From: an uncultured Actinomycetota bacterium
Lineage (GTDB): Bacteria > Actinomycetota > Acidimicrobiia > Spongiisociales > UBA5794
DNA: 64,000 nt
Direction: 5' to 3'
NCBI GenBank assembly: GCA_963836085.1
Contig: CAWIHT010000014.1
Coordinates: 7,187 to 71,186, forward strand
The notes beneath the pieces are model-generated. The model was not told where the DNA came from. It made no database searches and saw only the letters and a list, made by a program, of their open reading frames with translations. This document shows positions 47,770 through 55,875 of the stretch, piece after piece. The position numbers were made by a program, and so were the translations under genes. Every line of letters starts with the position of its first letter. Within the stretch, counting starts at the first letter, position 1.

Positions 47770-48426
47770 CTACCCACTCTCCTCGCTCTGCGGACTCCAC
47801 TCCCGCTTCCCGATCGTCTCGATGACCTCCTTCGGAGCGATGTGGGAGAGGTACGTGTCGGTCGTGGCCAACGACGCATGGCCGAGCTGCCGCTGGATGA
47901 TTGGCATCGGCACACCTTCCATCATCAACTCGTAGGCGTGGGTGTGGCGCAGACCATGCGGATGCACCCGCTTCGCGATTCCGGCCCGCCGGGCCAGCCT
48001 CGGGAGGAGCAGCCGCACCTGGGCCGAATCCATCGGCGTACCACGCAGGGTGCAGAAGAGCGGAGCATCGGCAGACAGACCCAATACACGACGCCGTTCG
48101 ATCCAGGCCTCGACGATCGCCGATGCTCCAGGGTCGATGCCGACGGTCCGGCGCCGGTCACCCTTGCCGTGCAACACCGCAACCGACCCACCCTGCAGGT
48201 CGATGTCCTTGAGGCGCAGCGCCAGCACCTCACTGCACCGCACGCCGGTGCGGTAGAGCACGGTGATCAGCGCCCGGTGGCGGAGCCCCAGGCTCGACGT
48301 CTGGGAACACTGATCGAGTAGTGCGAGGACCTCGTCGGGCGTCAGCACCTCGGCAGGGTACGTCCGGCCTTTGTTGGCCGGTACGCGACCGCGGTGGTAG
48401 CCGGGCTGGGTGACGTCGATCCCCAC
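47770..48426 (-). CDS. short tyrosine-type site-specific recombinase/integrase (catalytic domain only)
   Basis: 'TGVRCSEVLALRLKDIDL', 'HPHGLRHTHAYELM' and 'LGHASLATTDTYLSHI' supply the R...HxxR...Y catalytic signature. At 218 aa it lacks a long N-terminal core-binding domain. Confidence 0.9.
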   Translation of the reverse strand: MGIDVTQPGYHRGRVPANKGRTYPAEVLTPDEVLALLDQCSQTSSLGLRHRALITVLYRTGVRCSEVLALRLKDIDLQGGSVAVLHGKGDRRRTVGIDPGASAIVEAWIERRRVLGLSADAPLFCTLRGTPMDSAQVRLLLPRLARRAGIAKRVHPHGLRHTHAYELMMEGVPMPIIQRQLGHASLATTDTYLSHIAPKEVIETIGKREWSPQSEESG

Positions 48427-48480
48427 CGCGCCAACGTAGGTGACGGCCGGAGCCAGATCCAGACCCTCGATTGGGGACCC

Positions 48481-50232
48481 TTAGCGGAGCGGGATCACAT
48501 CGAAGCCGCCGTCCTCACCGTGATCGACAACCACCACGTGCCGGTGCGTCTCGCTGTTCAGAGCAGCGATGGCCTCCTCGACTGAGCCCACCTCGACCAC
48601 GGGCCCTGCGGCTGGGAACACCCGGACCCGCATGTCGGCATCGACGATGGCGCTCCGAAGTTCGGCACCGTCCGCGGTGATGAGGATCACGTCCCGAACC
48701 GCGGCCTTGGCGGGCTTCGGCGTCGTCGAGCGGTCTTCTCTCGCGACCGTGAAGTGGTACCCCGCGACCGCCCCGGCGGTCAGGAGCAGTGCGAACGGGA
48801 CCGCCATGGCGTCGAACATCTCGGCGCCGACGCTTCCGTCGAGGATGGCCTCGACAAAGGCAAAGACGAGGACGAGGAGGCTCACGAGTGCGACGAGCGC
48901 GCTGATGCCGAGCACGACGAAGACGTAGAGCCGACGGGTCGTCGCCTGGGCTTCGTCGATGCCCTGGCGCTTGCGCTCGCGCTGTGCCCGCCACCAGTAG
49001 ACGCCCCACAGCGGAACGCCGACGATGAGAAGGGTCAAGGCGACGGCGATAGCGCCTCGGTCGGTGCCCGTGATCTCGGTCCCGACTATGGCCCACACCG
49101 AGTAGGTGATCAGGGTCGCAATGCCGGCGGCGGTCACGCCGAGACCGACAAAGGCGAGGAGGTACTCGTAGAGACGGTCGACCGTGCTTCGCTCACGAGC
49201 GGGCCCGCGGTCGAGCACCGATCGGTGATAGACCCATGTGGCGGCCCCGACCACGACCACGCCGAGTGCAGCCGGGATGACCTTGAAGTGGGTAGCGGCG
49301 ACCCCGTACGGATCGGCCAGGATCCATTCGAGCACGTTGAACACGGCCGTTCCGCCGGCGGCGGCGACCATGACGACACCGCTGAGCACGCCGGCGAACA
49401 GCACGTACGCGACCCACAGAACCGTGCGCTCCTCGTGCACGGTGGTCCGCAGCCAGTACCAAACCCACACCAGGCCGCCGACCAGAAACGCCACGAGTGG
49501 TTCCACGATCTGCTCGGCATTCGGACCGACCGAGACGACGTCGAAGATCGCGTCGTAGATCACGACAAACGAACCGGCGGCGGTGACCGCTCCCGCGCCG
49601 AGCATGACGGAAAGGCCCACGAACGACCCCAGGATGTGTTCGAACCAGAGATCGGGTGCATACCGGGGGATACTCGCGATCCACCAGTGAATACCCCACA
49701 CGGCCCCCCAGACCACTGCGTTCACGAGGACCACTGCGTCGATCCCATCACCGACAAACAGGTCACCGAACAGCGTGATCAGCAGCGCCACCGTCGCGAC
49801 CAGCGAGCCGATCAGCACCAGTGTGAGGTAGATGGCCCATCCGGCGGAGCGGACCTCAGCCGGATCGTCGCGGAGCTTGCGACGGGTGTAGAGGGCGAGA
49901 GCGATGAAGGCGGGGACTCCGACGATCAGAAACGAGATCGATCGTGCGATCGCCGAGGTGTCCTGCGTGACCTGGTCGGACATCGTGAGCGCCTCGGTGA
50001 ACACCCCCGTCAGCCCTAGGCACGAGAGCACCAGGGTGACCAGCAACACGAGGTACTGGAAGATGCGGCGCACCGCGACCCCGGCGCTCTCTCCGGTCGT
50101 CTCGTCCGTCCCGCTGGCCAGGCGGACCACCAGCACGACAACTCCGGCAAGCACCAACAGGGGCAAGAGTCCGAAGAACACAGCTAGCCCTCCCGGCAGT
50201 AGATCGGCCACGGAGCCTCGGCGATTAGCCAC
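48481..50232 (-). CDS. polytopic membrane protein of unknown function with a soluble C-terminal domain
   Basis: About 12 hydrophobic segments with recurring 'W..Y/W.R' ends, and a C-terminal ~90-aa soluble part. No motif recognised. Confidence 0.7.
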   Translation of the reverse strand: MANRRGSVADLLPGGLAVFFGLLPLLVLAGVVVLVVRLASGTDETTGESAGVAVRRIFQYLVLLVTLVLSCLGLTGVFTEALTMSDQVTQDTSAIARSISFLIVGVPAFIALALYTRRKLRDDPAEVRSAGWAIYLTLVLIGSLVATVALLITLFGDLFVGDGIDAVVLVNAVVWGAVWGIHWWIASIPRYAPDLWFEHILGSFVGLSVMLGAGAVTAAGSFVVIYDAIFDVVSVGPNAEQIVEPLVAFLVGGLVWVWYWLRTTVHEERTVLWVAYVLFAGVLSGVVMVAAAGGTAVFNVLEWILADPYGVAATHFKVIPAALGVVVVGAATWVYHRSVLDRGPARERSTVDRLYEYLLAFVGLGVTAAGIATLITYSVWAIVGTEITGTDRGAIAVALTLLIVGVPLWGVYWWRAQRERKRQGIDEAQATTRRLYVFVVLGISALVALVSLLVLVFAFVEAILDGSVGAEMFDAMAVPFALLLTAGAVAGYHFTVAREDRSTTPKPAKAAVRDVILITADGAELRSAIVDADMRVRVFPAAGPVVEVGSVEEAIAALNSETHRHVVVVDHGEDGGFDVIPLR

Positions 50233-50630
50233 TCGGCACCGTCCTGCTCAACGACCAACGTCTCTTCGAAGGACCACGAGTCACCGAACAACCCAGGGCC
50301 CGAGCCTTCGGTGATCTCCACGTTCACGACCGTGCGGTCACCGAAGGGATCCGTGCCGAGGATCACGGCCCGGAAGCTGTCGCGCGAGTACCGGAGTTGC
50401 ATCAGGTCGGCGCCGCAGCGCTCGACGAGATCGGGTGTCATGAGAAGCGCCACCTCGGACTGGTCCCCGTCGATGACGGCCTGGAGGTAGTTCTGGACGG
50501 TCGCCTCCGGTGTGCCCGCGTCGAACTGCTCAGGTGGTTGAAGCGCCAGGACGATCGCAACGACAACCAGCACGGCCAGCAACGCTCCCCCGATCCCGAG
50601 GACCAATCCGCTGCGCGAGATGTCCTTCAT
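50184..50630 (-). CDS. membrane-anchored hypothetical protein
   Basis: N-terminal TM 'LVLGIGGALLAVLVVVAIVLAL' followed by an NTF2/SnoaL-like-looking 'VQNYLQAVIDGD...' region. It overlaps the next ORF's annotated start. Confidence 0.6.
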   Translation of the reverse strand: MKDISRSGLVLGIGGALLAVLVVVAIVLALQPPEQFDAGTPEATVQNYLQAVIDGDQSEVALLMTPDLVERCGADLMQLRYSRDSFRAVILGTDPFGDRTVVNVEITEGSGPGLFGDSWSFEETLVVEQDGAEWLIAEAPWPIYCREG

Positions 50631-50672
50631 ATAGACAGTCTGGTCTCCCCCGACCTCTGCGTCTAGATGTCC

Positions 50673-51344
50673 TCAGCAGTCGAGTGCCCGCACCGAGATG
50701 TCGACGTGGAGCTTGGCATGGCCTGCGTATTCGTGGGCCTCGTCGAGCGAGCCGGTCTCGAGTGTGAAGATTGACCATCCGACGACGCGCATCGGGTGGC
50801 TGGCAAGGGTCGGCATCGTGTTGTTACTCGGTCGCCACGCGTCAATGGCATCCAGCATCTCGGCCCATCTGGCGTCCGGATCGTCCCAACTCCCGCCGAG
50901 CACGTCAGCGGTGATGCAGGCGTTCGCGGCGAGGGGGATCGCGAGACCGGCCGGCATGCCATCCAATCCGGGGAGTACACCGGCGTCGATTGATCCGCTT
51001 ACCACGCCGTCCCCGTCACGGTCGCCGAAGCCGGGTCCGTTCGGGCCGACGACGAGGTTCGCGGCCGTCTCTGCCGCCTCTTGGGCAGCCGCCACGGTGG
51101 GCGCGACCCTCCACGCCGCAACGGCTTCGTCGACAAGCGCCATCCGTTCGGCGTATGCCGCTACGCCCGCATCGGCAGCGGTCGTGGTGGTCGCAACGGG
51201 GGCGGTCGTGGTGGTTGTGACGCCGTCGTCGGCCGGTGGTGACGGCGCCGTGGTGTCAACCGAGTCCGTCGTCGACGATCCGCCGCACGCGCCAAGTACG
51301 AACGCTGCCGCCACTGCCCACGCGACTGCCTTGGATGTTCTCAT
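50673..51344 (-). CDS. lipoprotein, unknown function
   Basis: AGGAGA RBS, lipobox 'AAFVLGACGGS', and a Thr-rich linker. Confidence 0.7.
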   Translation of the reverse strand: MRTSKAVAWAVAAAFVLGACGGSSTTDSVDTTAPSPPADDGVTTTTTAPVATTTTAADAGVAAYAERMALVDEAVAAWRVAPTVAAAQEAAETAANLVVGPNGPGFGDRDGDGVVSGSIDAGVLPGLDGMPAGLAIPLAANACITADVLGGSWDDPDARWAEMLDAIDAWRPSNNTMPTLASHPMRVVGWSIFTLETGSLDEAHEYAGHAKLHVDISVRALDC

Positions 51345-51396
51345 GGTTGGGTTCTCCTGGTGGTTGTCATGCAGACGCTTCGGGCGCCCGTTGCGG

Positions 51397-51960
51397 TCAG
51401 GCCCACAGCTTCGTGCTCCACTGGGCCAACGTGGACGCGATCCTGGGATAGAGGCCCACGACCATGGCGAATCCGATGGCCATGGCTACGACGGCGCCAA
51501 TCTTGGGGAACGGTCCCCTCCCGAATCGTTCGAGCAGCGCTCCCCCGACCAGTCCGATGGCCAGACCAACGACGAGGACACCGAGGAGGAACATGGCGAG
51601 TCCACCGAGTGCCGCCCACGGGTCGTATTGCGCGGTCGTGAGCGCCTCACCCAACTCGGGTCCTACACAGGGTTGCCACGCCCAGGCGGCACCCACCCCG
51701 ACGAGGGCCACCGGACCAAACGTCGCCCCGAGGCGCCACCACAGCACGCCACCGACGAGCAGCGCGATCCCGGCCACCCACACGGGAGGAACGATCCATC
51801 CGGCGACGGTGATCCACGCGGTCGCCACCACGGCGCCAACGAAGGTGGCGAGGACACCCGGGCGACGCGTCGCGAGGCCGGCGGCGACGGCCGGGACGAC
51901 CAGGATCCAGGAACACGGCAGCAGCGACTGCGTGATTCCCTCGACGAACGCGCTGATCAT
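51397..51960 (-). CDS. CcdA/DsbD-family thiol-disulfide transmembrane electron-transfer protein
   Basis: The internal Met at 51960 overlaps the TlpA-like stop (ATGA). There are two half-site Cys motifs, 'LLPCSWILV' and 'WQPCVGPELG', in a ~6-TM protein. Confidence 0.75.
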   Translation of the reverse strand: MISAFVEGITQSLLPCSWILVVPAVAAGLATRRPGVLATFVGAVVATAWITVAGWIVPPVWVAGIALLVGGVLWWRLGATFGPVALVGVGAAWAWQPCVGPELGEALTTAQYDPWAALGGLAMFLLGVLVVGLAIGLVGGALLERFGRGPFPKIGAVVAMAIGFAMVVGLYPRIASTLAQWSTKLWA

Positions 51961-52559
51961 CCGAGCAGCGTGGCGACGGCCGCGTTCAATTCCTCGTACG
52001 CACCCTCGCCGATGTGATCGAATCGGATGCGCCCCTCCTGGTCGAGCACGTAGGTGCGGGGCCAGTAGGCCGGGGACCCCTGCCAGACGTGGAAGCTCTG
52101 CCGCTTCGTGTCCATGGCGATCGGCCAGGTGACGCCGAGGTCCACGGCGGCCTCGGTGATCGCCGCCGGGTCCTTCTCGTAGTCGAACTCGGGTGAGTGG
52201 ACGCCGACGATCTCGAAGTTCGCGCTCTGGTGCTCGGCGTACAGTGCCTCGAGATTGGGCAGCGTTGCCTTGCAGTTGTAGCAACCGAACGTCCAGAACT
52301 GAACCACCACGACGTTGCCGCGCAGTTCCTCGAGCGATTCGACGTCGGACTGCAGCCACCCGTCGATGCCGACGAGTTCCTTGGCGGGCCCGAGGTCGGG
52401 CAGCGGCGCTTCGGCAGGTTCAGATTCGGCCGTTGTGACGGCGGTGGAGGAAGAGGTTGTTGTCGGCACTGTCGTCGGTGTCGTTGCGGCAGGCTCGGTG
52501 CTGGAGCACGCTGCTGCCAGCATCATCAGCACGACGATGGAGAGAATGAGTGGTTTCAT
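51957..52559 (-). CDS. TlpA/ResA-like thioredoxin-fold lipoprotein (thiol:disulfide oxidoreductase)
   Basis: Lipobox 'LAAACSS', a Thr-rich linker, and the CxxC motif 'WTFGCYNCK' in a redoxin fold ('VVVQFWTFGCYNC...EIVGVHSPEF'). Confidence 0.85.
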   Translation of the reverse strand: MKPLILSIVVLMMLAAACSSTEPAATTPTTVPTTTSSSTAVTTAESEPAEAPLPDLGPAKELVGIDGWLQSDVESLEELRGNVVVVQFWTFGCYNCKATLPNLEALYAEHQSANFEIVGVHSPEFDYEKDPAAITEAAVDLGVTWPIAMDTKRQSFHVWQGSPAYWPRTYVLDQEGRIRFDHIGEGAYEELNAAVATLLG

Positions 52560-52749
52560 CACCGCTGACCATACGGTGCGACAGCGGTTGAGGCCGCTTA
52601 ACAATCGGTGAACGGAATCTGCCTCGCGCGGTGTTTGACCGAATCGCGATTCCGTCGGTTGCCCACCCGTCCCCACTTCGCAGCGGATCGCGTCAAGGAA
52701 TGATCCGCTGGTGCCGATGCATCTTCCATAGCGCAAGCGAGAAGGATCG

Positions 52750-52965
52750 ATGCAGACGAATCCCTGCCCATCGTGCGGTCGAACGGACGGCCGTCACTCC
52801 CACCTTCGTCCGGGCGTCGGCTACCAGCCTGGGGCCGGATCGCTCAAGTGTGCGATCTGTTCCGGACCGCTCGCCGACCACACCGTCAACGACCATGCGG
52901 CCCGAGTCGCCGAACGCCTCGCCACCCTCGGATTCCCCACCCCCGTCAACGTCGGGATGCCGTAG
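52750..52965 (+). CDS. small zinc-ribbon-like hypothetical protein (71 aa)
   Basis: 'CPSCG...CAIC' forms a two-CxxC pair. A GAAGGA sits just upstream of the ATG, and third positions are G/C-rich. Confidence 0.5.
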   Translation: MQTNPCPSCGRTDGRHSHLRPGVGYQPGAGSLKCAICSGPLADHTVNDHAARVAERLATLGFPTPVNVGMP

Positions 52966-52992
52966 GTCGGAACCCGGCCTCCGACCAACGCC

Positions 52993-53364
52993 CTACAGCG
53001 AGTAGTCGCCGAAGCGGCCCCACGCCACAAAGGCTGACATCGCGAGCAGGGCCACGCTCACGACGACGTTCTGCATCTCGTCTCGCCTGCCGTGCACAAC
53101 GATCGCCCCGACCTGCGTCACTCCCAGCCCAACCGCGGCCAGGGGTACGAGCACGGGGGCGACTCCGGTGATCCCCGGAAGGATCAAGCCGATGGCGCCG
53201 AGGACCTCGAGTCCACCGATGGTCTTGATGAACCCTTCCGAGAAGTCGTCCACCCACCCCATCTTCTCCGACAGTTCGGGCTTCGACTTCACGACCTTCA
53301 TGAGACCGGCCATCAGGAACGCTGCGGCGAGCAGCCCCTGGGCGATCCAGAGTGCAGTGTTCAT
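52993..53364 (-). CDS. DoxX-family membrane protein
   Basis: 'ALWIAQGLLAAAFLMAGLMK...GGLEVLGAIGLILP...' is the four-TM DoxX pattern. Confidence 0.85.
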   Translation of the reverse strand: MNTALWIAQGLLAAAFLMAGLMKVVKSKPELSEKMGWVDDFSEGFIKTIGGLEVLGAIGLILPGITGVAPVLVPLAAVGLGVTQVGAIVVHGRRDEMQNVVVSVALLAMSAFVAWGRFGDYSL

Positions 53365-53386
53365 GGTTGTTTGACTCCAAGTGTTT

Positions 53387-53433
53387 ATTGAACAGTCAAC
53401 TTGTTGAGAATGCTAGCCTGTTGAGAGTTCAAC
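53387..53433. promoter_or_regulatory. two operator-like palindromes in the DoxX/MarR divergent intergenic region
   Basis: 'aTTGA-acag-TCAAC' (53387-53400) and 'GTTGA-gagt-TCAAC' (53420-53433). Confidence 0.55.
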
Positions 53434-53457
53434 TATTCCAGAGAGTCGAGACGAGCG

Positions 53458-53955
53458 ATGAGTGACACTGCACCCAACGGCCTGTCGAGGGCAGAACTGC
53501 GAGCCTGGCGGCGAGTCGGCACCGGGTTCTCGAGACTCCTCAGCACCTTCGACCGGCAGCTGCGCGACGACGCCGGCCTGAGCCTTGACGACTTCGACGT
53601 CCTCGCCACCCTCGCGTCGGCGCCCGGTGGCGCCATGCGGATGGCCGTCCTCGCAGAGCGAATCTCCTTCTCCCCCAGCCGACTCTCACACGCCGTTCAG
53701 CGAATGGAGCAGCGCGGCTGGGTGACGCGGGAGAGCACGCCGGACGACCGGCGCGGCCGAGTTGCCCATCTCACCGAGCAGGGAGATCAGGTCCTCCGTG
53801 CTGCCTGGCCCGGCCACGCCGACCTCATCCGCCGCCTCGTCATCGATCCGCTCGACCCGCAGCAGTTCGAGGCGCTCGGCGAGAGCTTCGCCAGGATCAG
53901 CCAGGCTGTGAACGCCGAACGTGACCGATGCGAGCCCACCGATGGGAATAGTTGA
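53458..53955 (+). CDS. MarR-family transcriptional regulator
   Basis: '...LSLDDFDVLATLA...MRMAVLAERISFSPSRLSHAVQRMEQRGWVTRESTPDDRRGRVAHLTEQG' is a wHTH of MarR type. Confidence 0.9.
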   Translation: MSDTAPNGLSRAELRAWRRVGTGFSRLLSTFDRQLRDDAGLSLDDFDVLATLASAPGGAMRMAVLAERISFSPSRLSHAVQRMEQRGWVTRESTPDDRRGRVAHLTEQGDQVLRAAWPGHADLIRRLVIDPLDPQQFEALGESFARISQAVNAERDRCEPTDGNS

Positions 53956-53964
53956 ACGCTCAAC
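53951..53964. promoter_or_regulatory. third copy of the GTTGA-N4-TCAAC palindrome, upstream of the LLM oxidoreductase gene
   Basis: 'GTTGA-acgc-TCAAC' overlaps the marR stop and lies ~50 nt upstream of the ATG at 54012. Confidence 0.5.
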
Positions 53965-54011
53965 TAGGTTCGACCAACTGCACCCCTCAACCGCCACACC
54001 GAAGGAACCAC

Positions 54012-55043
54012 ATGTTTGAACTTGGACTCACGAGCTTTGCCGAGGCTCCGCCGGAGCCCGTCGGAGGCAAGATCATCGGCCACGGCGAGCGACTCCGCAA
54101 CGTCGTCGCAGAGATCGAACTGGCCGACCGGGTCGGACTCGACGTCTACGGACTCGGCGAACACCACCGTGTCGACATGGCGGCATCTGCCCCGGCCATC
54201 ACCCTCGCCGCAGCGGCGGCACGAACGGAGCGGATCAGGCTCAGCTCCGCGGTGATCGTGCTCAGTTCCGCCGACCCGGTACGCACGTTCCAGGACTTCT
54301 CAACACTCGACCTCATCTCCAACGGACGTGCCGAACTACTCGTCGGACGAGGCTCGTTCATCGAGTCGTTCCCACTGTTCGGTCAATCACTCGACGACTA
54401 CAACGAGTTGTTCGCCGAGAAACTCGACCTCCTCGTACAGATCCGCGACAACGAGCGCGTCACCTGGAGCGGCGAGTTCCGTGCACCGCTCGACGATCAG
54501 GCGATCTACCCACGTCCCCACCAGGACCCCCTCCCGGTCTGGGTCGGTGTCGGCGGGACTCCGGCCTCGATCGTCCGTGCCGCGAAGATGGGCCTGCCGG
54601 TCGCCCTTGCCATCATCGGCGGCGACCCGGTCCGCTTCCGCGCCTTGGCCAGCCTCTACCGCAGAACGCTCGCAGAATCCGGCTTCGACCCCGACTCGAT
54701 CCCGCTCGCCGTCCACGGTCTCGGCCACATCGCGGACAGCAACGAGGAGGCCGCCGATCAGGTCTACGCCTCGTTCACCGCCAACATGAACCGCATCGGG
54801 CGCGAGCGTGGCTGGTCGCCGCTGACGAGGGAACAGTTCGACTGGATGCGGGGCCCCGAGGGTTCGCTGGTCCTCGGCGACCCCGAGACCGTCGCCGCGA
54901 AGATCCTGCGCTGGAAAGAAGTGCTCGGCATCGACCGATTCATGCTCCACACCGCCGGCACCGTCCCCCACGACGCCGCCCTCCACTCGATCGAGATGCT
55001 CGGCACAACGGTGTCAAAGATCGTTCGCGGGACGTCCGGGTAG
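54012..55043 (+). CDS. LLM-class flavin-dependent oxidoreductase
   Basis: Internal ATG at 54012 after GAAGGA. 'GLDVYGLGEHH...IRLSSAVIVLSSADPVRTFQDFSTLDLISNGRAELLVGRGSF' is typical of LLM proteins. Confidence 0.85.
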   Translation: MFELGLTSFAEAPPEPVGGKIIGHGERLRNVVAEIELADRVGLDVYGLGEHHRVDMAASAPAITLAAAAARTERIRLSSAVIVLSSADPVRTFQDFSTLDLISNGRAELLVGRGSFIESFPLFGQSLDDYNELFAEKLDLLVQIRDNERVTWSGEFRAPLDDQAIYPRPHQDPLPVWVGVGGTPASIVRAAKMGLPVALAIIGGDPVRFRALASLYRRTLAESGFDPDSIPLAVHGLGHIADSNEEAADQVYASFTANMNRIGRERGWSPLTREQFDWMRGPEGSLVLGDPETVAAKILRWKEVLGIDRFMLHTAGTVPHDAALHSIEMLGTTVSKIVRGTSG

Positions 55044-55061
55044 CGGGCGCTCTTCGAAGTA

Positions 55062-55240
55062 CTCCTCCCCGTCAGGGGCAGGTGTCGCCCACAAGGCGAC
55101 GGAGGGGGTCTCTCCGTCTCCACGCACGCGAGAGACCCCTTCCGTCATCCCCAATGCGCAGGCGCATTGGGGCTGCCACCTTCCCCTAAGGGGAAGGAAT
55201 TGAAGAAGGGGAAGGGATTTGGCAGGGGAAGGAATCGGCC
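55062..55240 (+). repeat. multi-hairpin intergenic repeat element, copy A
   Basis: Shares ordered blocks with 61943-62150: 'tcctcccc.tca.ggg', 'ggagggggtctc', 'cgagagaccccttccgtca', a 'caatgc...gcattg' hairpin, and 'ctgccaccttcc..t.aggggaaggaat'. It starts 19 nt after the LLM stop. Confidence 0.8.
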
Positions 55241-55277
55241 TGGCGACTGACGACTGACGGACTGACCGCCCGGTAGG

Positions 55278-55736
55278 GTGAGCATCCCCCAGGAGGTCCC
55301 CCCCTTGCACACCACGCCCACACTGAGTCACGCTGATGCGCTCGTTCTCGTCGACGCCATTCGGATCGAACTGGAGCGGCGGGACAAGGGAGCAGCGGTG
55401 GCGATCGTCGACGCGCACGGGGAACTCCTCGCCTTCTTCCGGACCGATGGGTGCAAACTGCCGTCCATCAACATTGCGATCAACAAGGCCTACACGGCAT
55501 CACGCGAACAAGACGAGTCGCTCACGGTCGGCACTCGCTCGCGAGCCGAAGGCTTCCCGATGACGAACTTCGGCGAACTCCGGTACGTGTCCTGGGGCGG
55601 GGGATTCCCCCTTGTCGCAGACGGCACCGTCGTCGGCGGCGTCGGCGTCTCGGGACTCCCCGAGGCCGAGGACATGGAGATCGCGCTCCACGGTATCGGT
55701 GCATTCGAGCAGGCCCTTGCCGAACAGGCCGACTAG
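55278..55736 (+). CDS. GlcG/HbpS-like (DUF336) heme-binding protein
   Basis: 'AVAIVDAHGELLAFFRTDG...INIAINKAYTA...GGGFPLVADGTVVGGVGVSGLPEAEDMEIA'. GTG start. Confidence 0.85.
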   Translation: MSIPQEVPPLHTTPTLSHADALVLVDAIRIELERRDKGAAVAIVDAHGELLAFFRTDGCKLPSINIAINKAYTASREQDESLTVGTRSRAEGFPMTNFGELRYVSWGGGFPLVADGTVVGGVGVSGLPEAEDMEIALHGIGAFEQALAEQAD

Positions 55737-55875
55737 CGGCTGCGCAACAACGCGTCCGAGACGAATTCAGCCAGTCCCTCCGAGATCCCTCGAGCACCTA
55801 TTCCTCTTCTCGAACGAACCGCATCGACCCTAAGTTCATCGGAAGTGGTTGGACGCCGCTTGGGTGTGAGGAACC

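Noticed and set aside
1790-48426. Idea that the integrase remnant (1.8-2.5 kb) and the intact integrase (47.8-48.4 kb) delimit a single ~46-kb genomic island.
   Set aside because: The interval contains ordinary metabolic and envelope genes in mixed orientations. I saw no flanking direct repeats or tRNA target. The two integrases are only distantly similar apart from shared family motifs.
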